Notes under the pieces: model-generated
The model's database searches: none
The model's input: the letters and a program-made list of their open reading frames with translations, nothing else
What the model was told of the DNA's origin: nothing
Origin: Eledone cirrhosa
Taxonomy: Eukaryota
Direction: 5' to 3'
Assembly (NCBI GenBank): GCA_964016885.1
Contig: OZ024741.1
Location: forward strand, 183,830,001 to 183,894,000
Length of the DNA: 64,000 bases
Program-made: the position numbers and the translations under genes
Part shown: positions 54,003 through 64,000 of the stretch, in pieces
How positions within the stretch are numbered: position 1 is the stretch's first letter
Layout: every line of letters begins with the position of its first letter

Positions 54003-54651
54003 ATCACCTGCATTATCTAGATAAATCATTGTTCCTGAATCCAGTGGTAATGTGTTTTTCATAGGAACTCTTTTAGTTTTGTTTCACCTGCTTGCCGGTC
54101 ATATAAATAGTTACTTTATAAATGCAACCTTCCTTTTGACTTTCTTACAACATATATGAAATTAGTATCGAATATCTATATATAGAACATTGGGCTGCAT
54201 TTTGAAAACCGTTTGCTCTATATATTTATCTACCAGCTATATATGTTTTATTCATAGAAATATAAAAAATCGTTAACAAATATATTTCAAATAACACTAC
54301 AGATATTTAAAAATGGGAAAATGAAGGGAAGGGCCAGGGCTCTAGGGTCATAGAAGAATGGGAGGGGAGAAAGGGAGGGTGATGGGCTCTAGGCCTAAGG
54401 CGTGGTGGTGTTGGGCTAGACGGAAATCCATTCAGATTACTGGGTTACTATATCATACCATCCTTTCATACATATAAGCTCCACCGATATATTTTTACCG
54501 GCGATTCTCTATAATTACCACACCTGGTATTTACAGTAATTACAATATACTTCGGTAACTTCAAATCATGATAACGCAAGTCTGCCTACCGTTTTCAAAT
54601 GTAAACACAGCTATGGATAAGAATAAAACTCGTCTGAAAAGCATTAACGAT

Positions 54652-54835
54652 GGGCAGTATCGGTAGAGGGTCGGACGCCATGCTTTGACGCATAGAGTTA
54701 CGGCCCTTTCCATTCTGAGTTCAAATCACGCTGAGGTTAACTTTGCCTTTCATCCTTACGGGGTCGATAAAATAAAGTACCAGTAATACACTGGAATAAT
54801 TGCTGGCCTTGTGCCAAAAGTAGAAATAATTATTA
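54652..54835 (+). mobile_element. tRNA-derived SINE
   Basis: ggcagtatcggtagagggtcggacgcc...gagttcaaatc...core...gtagaaataattatt. Confidence 0.9.
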
Positions 54836-55565
54836 CTATTGGTTTCATATTGTCAAAATTTTAAAGACTATACTAGTGATCTTTTTTTTTCCATTAGCTG
54901 TTTAGTCTTTGATTCCCAACACAACACAATTTTGATCGCTTCCTGTTTTTAGGAAGGGTTCAATTGCGCATGTAGCTGTTAAGGATTTATTTCAGCTATA
55001 GTGATCAATAAAACTGTATGAGATTCAATAACCAGAATATTTTTATCAGAAAAATTACCTATAGCTTAAAATGTTAATTTAAGCATTAAGAAAAAAACGA
55101 TAATATACTGTAATTATGAGCATTAAATCTTCATTTAGCTAGTTTGCTGGGTTTAATGGAGCACAAGAGTAAGTGGAAATATTTCTAAGTGCCATATTTA
55201 TGTGCTTTGTAAGTAGGGTGTGTGTTATGATGCGTAGAAATATCGGTATTTTTACGTTAATTCCTGTTTTTATCCATTTAGAGTTCATTTGAGCTTCTGA
55301 CTTTTGATACAGTATTTTGGATTGTAATGTAAATTCTAGTCCCTCCAATGTAGTATCTATGTCAACCCCATAAATTTGATACTACCTTCAAATAGTCTTA
55401 AAAATTCAACGCTTACATGAGCACACACGGCCTTGTTTATGGGTTTTGTTAGTTGGAAGTGTGTTTTGATGCATAGAAACATCGGTGCTATAACCGTTCT
55501 TCACTGCATACCACACACACATACCCTATATATATATATATATATACATATAATATATATACAAT

Positions 55566-55656
<91 letters not shown>

Positions 55657-55685
55657 ATATATATACAATTTATATCTATATCTAC

Positions 55686-55734
<49 letters not shown>

Positions 55735-55739
55735 CCTAC

Positions 55740-55863
<124 letters not shown>

Positions 55864-56439
55864 TTGTGGCCATGCTGGTGTATCACCATGAAGCGATTCT
55901 CTTTCCAAGTCTAGTGCTTATTTTATCAGTCTTTTTCGTCAAGTAGCTAAGTTACGGTAATACACAAATAGTAGAACTAAACATAGACACAGATAAATGC
56001 GCTCACCCACACACCTACATACATACACACGCCCCCCCCCCCCCCACCCCCACACCACAACTTTCAATCATAAGCCAATGGTTAACTCGAGTCTATAGTA
56101 AAGACATGCCGACAGTGAATAGATTTCTTTATGCTGAAAGTAAGGCAATTGACTGCCTTAGGTACATATTCACACAAGCACACACACTACTAGTTATGGG
56201 TACCTCAAAAAGAAGGGGAAATTTAAAGAGAACTATAAACTATATATTTTGATATAGTTAGAGTAGATGAGCCGTTGCATTCAAGTAAGGAAATATATCG
56301 TATGGTGTGAGATTTGCCTACGGATATGAAATTGGTCAGTTACTGCGAAAAACTACAACTTTAATTTCATAGCACACACACACAAATACACAGTCACACA
56401 CACACACAAACACACACACACGCACACACACGCGCACAG

Positions 56440-56498
<59 letters not shown>

Positions 56499-56628
56499 TA
56501 TATTGGGCGTCCCAAAACATGTATACACACTTTGATTACCTGTACAGGCAATATTCATTAGAATGCTGTTGAAGTATGTATAGATTTTTTTGGTACATCA
56601 TGTATATATATACATATACGTATATATG

Positions 56629-56660
<32 letters not shown>

Positions 56661-56984
56661 CATACAGGGTGTCCCCCCAAGTATATATATATATATATTG
56701 TATATATACGTATATATATATATATATATATGCTAGCACAAAACATGCATAAATGTTCATGTAATTATGTGTACACACGAAGAATATGGCGACATTTTCC
56801 ATTTCTACGGTTTCTCTTGTACTGCACAAATATTGACAAATCTCTTGTATACTACTTTTGCTGTCTCTTGAAAAACCTCGGTTAGAACGGAAGATATTTC
56901 CATTGTTTCTTCGTCGTGGAGAGTCAGTCACAGACTCTTGAAATCCAGGGGACCAAGGAAAGAAGACGGAAACGATGACAAAGA

Positions 56985-57490
56985 GGGAGAAGTTGTAGTA
57001 GAAGAGGAAGTGGAAGAAAGAGAGGAAGAAGGATAAGAGGAAGGAGACGGAGAAGAAGAAGAAGAAGAAGAAGAAGAAGAAGAAGAAGAAGAAGAAGAAG
57101 AAGAAGAAGAAGAAGAAGAAGAAGAAGAAGAAGAAAAAGGAGAAGGATAAGAGGAAGGGGAAGAAGAAGGGGGAAGAAGGAGGAGACGGAGTGAAGAAGA
57201 AGAAGAAGAAGAAGAAGAAGAAGAAGAAGAAGAAGAAGAAGAAGAAGAAGAAGAAGAAGAAGAAGAAGAAGAAGAAGAAGAAGAAGAAAAATAAGGTTAA
57301 GAAAAAGGAGAAGGATAAGAGGAAGGAGAAGAAAAAGGGGGAAGAAGGAGGAGAAGGAGTGGAAGAAGAAGAAGGAAGAGGGGAAGAAGTAGAAGCCGAA
57401 GAGGAAGTAGAAGGAGAAGAGGAAGTAACAGAAGAAGATGAGGAAGTAAAAGAAGGAATAGGGGATGGAGATGAAGAAGACGATGAAGAG
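56985..57490. repeat. (GAA)n polypurine tract with internal duplication
   Basis: Two long GAA runs, each preceded by gaaggataagaggaagg...ggagacggag. Confidence 0.9.
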
Positions 57491-57867
57491 ATTTTTCAGA
57501 ACCCTTGTTTCGTTCATGTAGGTAAATCTACTTAGCAAAGACACACATATATTGAGACACACAGCACAGATGCTGTGACCCAACCTCAAGCATTTTGTCA
57601 CACACTGAGAGGGAGAGGGGGGGGGGGCACACACACACTCACAGAATCATACACACACACATACACACATACATACACACACGCACATACACACACGCAC
57701 ATGGAAACACACTTCTAGTGACACACAGATATATTAGGTGAATATTCTGAAATAATCCGAGAAAGGATTAGAGGGGAAAGGAAGAAGGATTAATACATAG
57801 ATACTGACCGAGTGTATTGTGGGTAGGTAGATGGTTGGTTAGTCACTCACACACATGTATATATATA

Positions 57868-57965
<98 letters not shown>

Positions 57966-58576
57966 TGAATATATAGATGGAAGTGGGAGATTATTTTAAG
58001 TATGTTTTTCCATGTTTCAAGATGGCTGCCTCATATACTTGTTCCGCTCGTCTCTCCTTATGTTTCCTTAATTATCAACAAATTATTACACTAGTAATAA
58101 TGGACAATGAGCCAGCTTTAGACACAGAAGCACACTCATACCACACACTCTCACACACACTCAAATACACATAAACGCATACACACTCTAATATGATACA
58201 CACATTAACACATTTACGCATACAAATATATACACATACATTCAAACTTTCCCACAAACAGAAAACCACATATACTCACATATTTACGAACACACAAAAT
58301 AAATACATACTGAGACAAAGGCATTCATACGAACACATACTCATGCATACACAAAGTCACACACAAACATGCATTCACAAATGTGCAACTAAACATATTC
58401 ACAGATAAACACATACACACACAAACAGATATATGCATATACACATTTATATAAAAATATACAAACACTCGCACACACAAACATAGACATAATCACTTAT
58501 CAAGTAAATGATCAAGCCTCAAAGTGTTAAAAATATCCGCACATATGATACAAATATTATATATATATATATAATG

Positions 58577-58665
<89 letters not shown>

Positions 58666-58775
58666 TATATTATTGGACTTGAAGGCGGCCGACCGAACTA
58701 GAAACTGCTAAATGTGTGCCGCGTTCTTGTCTGCCTTTTCAACCCCATGGATTATATTCCTTTGTTAAATTTCGA

Positions 58776-58833
58776 ATACCTGATGAAGTCACCGGATTCA
58801 TACTGAATCCGGTCATTAAAATGTTCATAGTAT
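58776..58833 (+). ncRNA. Hammerhead with long perfect stem II; GAAA mutated to AAAA
   Basis: ATAC-CTGATGA-..ACCGGATTCA-tac-TGAATCCGGT..-AAAA-TGttCA-TA-GTAT. Confidence 0.55.
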
Positions 58834-58950
58834 AATAAACCTTTAAGGAATTACACCAGTCCAGCCTCCTGTTAATTTATAATAATTAACTCCGTACTCG
58901 CACCACCAACAACACAAACAAAGACGTGTAATTTAGTTTGTAACAGACTA

Positions 58951-59120
58951 GAAGCACTCAACAGTTTTCTTTTGGAGTATAATATCAATAATATTAATAA
59001 ATGGAAACTATCTTTATAAAACCATATTTATTTTATTATATATATATTTCAAAGGTGCCAACATGTTGGTACGCTCTCATAAGATAAAATACAAAAGTTG
59101 TTTTACAGATAGTGACATAT
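58951..59120 (-). mobile_element. Solo diverged pseudo-LTR of the 7.3-9.9 kb Naiad-like family, hammerhead core mutated (CTTATGA)
   Basis: Similar to 7321-7450 and to the reverse complement of 9829-9875. Confidence 0.7.
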
Positions 59121-59263
59121 TCAAACTAGAACTTAATGCTTTGAGTTCTATTTGAATAGTCAAATAGAGATGTCAACATGAATGGACCTGTTATTTTTAT
59201 TTAAAGACATTTTTTCCAATTCCAACCCGCTCATCCCCTCAATCTATCTTATTTCTCATTCTT

Positions 59264-59299
59264 TCTTCTGATGAAGGACTAGCGTCTGAAACGTTAAGA
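59264..59299 (+). ncRNA. Minimal type I hammerhead, intact
   Basis: TCTT-CTGATGA-aGGACtagcGTCT-GAAA-CG-TT-AAGA. Confidence 0.8.
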
Positions 59300-59380
59300 C
59301 CACCTTCCTGCTATATCAAGTGTTAATCTAATATATCCCTTCCATATACTGTACCGATTGTGTTGTTATTTCTGTTTACC

Positions 59381-59439
<59 letters not shown>

Positions 59440-59605
59440 AATTAGAATTGGTGCTCTGAAATAGCGATATATATATGAATGTATATATAGTGTATTTTGC
59501 AATACACTGTTTGCTTAATTAAAAGCATTTCGAAGACCTTACGCTATTGTTTTAGGGTAGTGACAGTCTCACTTACTTTAAATTTTCAGCAAACAGGGGA
59601 GATAA

Positions 59606-59650
59606 AGCTGAGAGTGCTCTGTTTCGTACTTTTTGGTACTTATCAAAGCT
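59606..59650 (-). ncRNA. Type I hammerhead, U3-A8 variant, copy 1 (stem III mismatch)
   Basis: AGCT-TTGATAA-GTACcaaaaaGTAC-GAAA-CAGagcaCTC-TC-AGCT. Confidence 0.65.
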
Positions 59651-59926
59651 AAGTACTCCACCTGTTGCTGAAAATAATGAATGTTTGATTCGTATAGAAT
59701 TCTAGTAATAATCAGGAACTGATTATACAGAGCGGCTCCCAGTCAAGCAGAAATTGAAAATCAGAATTGGTGCTCTGAAATAGCGATATATATATATGAA
59801 TGTATATATAGTGTATTTTGCAATACCCTGTATGCTTAATTAAAAGCATTTCGAAGACGTTACGCTATTGTTTTAGAATAGTGACACTCTCACTTACTTT
59901 AAATTTTCAGCAAACAGGGGAGATAA

Positions 59927-59971
59927 AGCTGACAGAGCTCTGTTTCGTACTTTTTGGTACTTATCAAAGCT
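59927..59971 (-). ncRNA. Type I hammerhead, U3-A8 variant, copy 2
   Basis: AGCT-TTGATAA-GTACcaaaaaGTAC-GAAA-CAGAGCTCTG-TC-AGCT; GUC cleavage triplet. Confidence 0.8.
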
Positions 59972-60202
59972 AAGTACTCCACCTGTTTGCTGAAAATCAT
60001 GAATGTTTGATTCTTATAGAATTCTAGTAGTAATCAGGAACTGATTATTTAGAGCGATTGTGCTCTGAAATAGCGATATATATATATTCTAATTTTCAAT
60101 TTCTGATTGACCGGCAACCGCTCTGAATGATCAGTTCCTGATTATTACTAGAATTCTATAAGAATCAAACATTCATGGTTTTCAGCAACAGGTGGAGTAC
60201 TT

Positions 60203-60247
60203 AGCTTTGATAAGTAGCAAAAAGTACGAAACAGAGCACTGTCAGCT
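60203..60247 (+). ncRNA. Type I hammerhead, U3-A8 variant, copy 3
   Basis: AGCT-TTGATAA-GTAgcaaaaagTAC-GAAA-CAGagcaCTG-TC-AGCT. Confidence 0.75.
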
Positions 60248-60373
60248 TTATCTCCCCTGTTTGGTGAACATTTAAGGTAAGTGAGACTGTCACTACTCTA
60301 AAACAATAGCGTAAGGTCTTCGAAATGCTTTTAATTAAGCAGACAGTGTATTGCAAAATACACAATATATACA

Positions 60374-61143
<770 letters not shown>

Positions 61144-61530
61144 GGTATGGATATTCCGACAGGCACTAAGTACCTACAGAAATATGCATGGTGTTTATAA
61201 TAGTTGTGGTTCGATGGTACTAATTTGAGATACCAGAACTATAAAAATTAGCGGAACAAGTAATCATCAAACAATCTTTTAAATAAATTAAAAAACGATT
61301 TAAATATTCACGTTGTACACACGTCTCGAAACACCTCTTACATAACTACACAGCTCCGGATTGAATCACAACATCCTAATTTTCTTATCAACTACAAACC
61401 TTTCGGACTTTCGCAGTTATCTCCCTTACACCTCTCGCACACTTTTTAGTATTGCCTGTGTGAAGTGACGGTTTCTGCGCATGCGCGCTCGTACGGTTGT
61501 CCTTCCTGTTCCGTATAACCATGTCAATTA

Positions 61531-61568
61531 CGAGCTGAGGATCCGCTAAGGTGAAACGATTGTTCTCG
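61531..61568 (+). ncRNA. Minimal type I hammerhead
   Basis: CGAG-CTGAGGA-tCCgctaaGGt-GAAA-CGatTG-TT-CTCG. Confidence 0.7.
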
Positions 61569-61666
61569 GTATGGTGAACTAACTGTTGTGTAACCACTTC
61601 TACCTAACTCGTCCCATGGACTGAGTGCTCTACCACTACGGATATTACCTTCCAGTGTTCCATCAC

Positions 61667-61701
<35 letters not shown>

Positions 61702-61815
61702 ATGTATAAATATATGTATGGATATATATATATAAGTATATATATATATTATATATATAATATCATTGTATATTATATATATATGTATATATATATATAA
61801 TTTTGTATATGTATA

Positions 61816-61870
<55 letters not shown>

Positions 61871-61871
61871 A

Positions 61872-62700
61872 TGGCGGTGTGATTGTGGTGATATTGGTGG
61901 TAGTGTTGATGGTGGTGATGGTGGCGGTTGTAGTTGTGATTGTGGTGATGGTGATGGTGGTAATGGTAATGATGACGGTGTGGTTGTGATGATGGTGGTG
62001 GTCGTGGTGATGGTGGTGATGACGGTGGTTGTAGTTGTGATTGCGGCGATGGTGGCGGTGGTTGTCGTGAAGGTTATGGTTGTGGTTGTGGTGGTGATGG
62101 CTGTGTGGTTGTGGTTGTGGTGATGGTATTCGTGGTAGTTGTGGTGTTGGTTGTGGTAGTCGTGGTGGTGGTGGTGGTAATGGCCGTGGTAGTGGTGGTG
62201 ATGATAGCCGTTGTGGTGGGAGTCGAGGTGGTGGTGGTGGTGGTGGATGTAGTGGTGATGATAGTGGTGGTGGTAGTGGTGGAGTTGGTGGTGGTAGTGG
62301 TCGTGGTGGTGGTGGTGATGATAGCCGTTGTGGTGAGAGTCGAGGTGGTGGTGGTGGTGGTGGTGGATGTAGTGGTGATGATAGTGGTGGTGGTAGTGGT
62401 GGTGATGATAGCCGTTGTGGTGGGAGTCGTGGTGGTGGTGGTGGTGGTGGAGGTAGTGGTGATGATAGTGGTGGTGGTAGTCGTGGAGGTGGTGGTGGTA
62501 GTGGTGGTGGTAGTGGTGGTGATGATAGCCGTTGTGGTGGGAGTCGTGGTGGTGGTGGTGGTAGTGGTGATGATAGTGGTGGTGGTAGTCGTGGAGGTGG
62601 TGGTGGTAGTGGTCGTGGTAGTGGTGGTGATGATAGCCGTTGTGGTGGGAGTAGTGGTGGTGGTGGTGGTAGTGGTCGTGGTAGTGGTGGTGGTGGTGGT
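61872..62700. repeat. (GTG)n-derived satellite with ~85-120-bp higher-order units
   Basis: Marker gatgatagccgttgtggtg recurs five times between 62200 and 62650. Confidence 0.85.
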
Positions 62701-62861
62701 TTTGTAGTGACGAGATGGTGACAGTGGCCATACTTATCATGGTTGTTGTTCTTCCTGTGGATATGGTGAAACCAGTTGTGGCTACAGTGTTTGTCGTGGT
62801 TATTGTTGCTATGGTGTTGATGAAGGTGACGGTTGTGATTGTTTCAGGATGTAGGAAGGGC

Positions 62862-64000
62862 GTTATATGGGAGAGTGTTACATGGGAGAGTGTTATATGG
62901 GAGAGTATTACATGGGGCAGTGTTATATGGGAGAGTGTTATATGGGAGAGAGTTGCATGGAGGAGTGTTACATGGGACAGTGTTACATGGGAGAGTGTTA
63001 CATGGGAGAGTGTTATATGGGAGAGTATTACATGGGGCAGTGTTATATGGGAGAGTGTTACATGGGAGAGTGTTATATGGGAGAGTATTACATGGGGCAG
63101 TGTTATATGGGAGAGTGTTATATGGGAGAGAGTTGCATGGAGGAGTGTTACATGGGACAGTGTTACATGGGAGAGTGTTACATGGGAGAGTGTTATATGG
63201 GAGAGAGTTGCATGGGAGAGTGTTACATGGGAGAGAGTTGCATGGGGGAGTGTTACATGGGAGAGTGTTATATGGGAGAGTGTTACATGGGAGAGAGTTG
63301 CATGGGAGAGTGTTACATGGGAGAGTGTTACATGGGAGAGTGTTATATGGGAGAGTATTACATGGGGCAGTGTTATATGGGAGAGTGTTACATGGGAGAG
63401 TGTTATATGGGAGAGTATTACATGGGGCAGTGTTATATGGGAGATTGTTATATGGGAGAGAGTTGCATGGAGGAGTGTTACATGGGACAGTGTTACATGG
63501 GAGAGTGTTACATGGGAGAGTGTTATATGGGAGAGAGTTGCATGGGAGAGTGTTACATGGGAGAGAGTTGCATGGGGGAGTGTTACATGGGAGAGTGTTA
63601 TATGGGAGAGTGTTACATGGGAGAGAGTTGCATGGGGGAGTGTTACATGGGAGAGTGTTACATGGGAGAGTGTTACATGGGAGACAGTTGCATGGGGGAG
63701 TGTTACATGGGAGAGTGTTATATGGGACTGTGTTATATGGGAGAGTGTTACATGGGAGAGTGTTACATGGGAGAGTGTTACATGGGGGAGTGTTACATGG
63801 GAGAGTGTTATATGGGGGAGTGTTACATGGGAGAGTGTTACATTGGAGAGTGTTACATGGGAGAGAGTAGCATGGGGGAGTGTTACATGGGAGAGTGTTA
63901 CATGGGAGAGAGTTGCATGGAAGAGTGTTATATGGGGGATTGTTACATGGGAGAGTGTTATATGGGTGAGTGTTAAATAGGGGAGTGTTACATGGGAGAG
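62862..64000. repeat. 15-bp G-rich satellite (ATGGGAGAGTGTTAY)n, continuing past the window end
   Basis: About 75 copies; variant blocks recur at multiples of 15. Confidence 0.95.

Noticed and set aside
56500-56685. Tc1/mariner terminal repeats (cagggtgtcccc; gggcgtccc)
   Set aside because: Short, same-orientation remnants with no paired inverted end or transposase
61477-61488. GCGCATGCGC NRF1-like promoter motif
   Set aside because: Lies just upstream of a hammerhead in a probable PLE pseudo-LTR; no supporting gene structure
61763-62740. His-rich or Gly-rich structural protein ORF
   Set aside because: (GTG)n-derived repeat; the ORF runs into (CA)/(TA) microsatellite and lacks a signal peptide or splice support

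Overview
Eukaryotic, AT-rich, microsatellite-saturated intergenic or intronic DNA. The SINE families and (TA)n/(CA)n density suggest an octopod cephalopod (inference). No host protein-coding gene can be called confidently; nearly all short ORFs are translations of microsatellites. The window holds many retroelements: Penelope-like elements (PLEs; RT + GIY-YIG, Neptune-like and Naiad-like), two head-to-tail Tx1/L1-type LINEs, CRE-like, R4/Dong-like and RTE fragments, about 12 copies of a tRNA-derived SINE, an 84-bp minisatellite and a 15-bp satellite. Reading the non-coding DNA reveals more than 15 type I hammerhead-ribozyme (HHR) motifs, intact or degenerate. The most striking is a ~321-nt non-coding unit at 59.4-60.4 kb, present as two tandem copies plus one inverted copy. 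Each copy carries a full hammerhead with a compensatory U3-A8 core and an extended stem I, making it a candidate retrozyme/circular-RNA element. All calls are from manual reading; no searches or folding programs were run.
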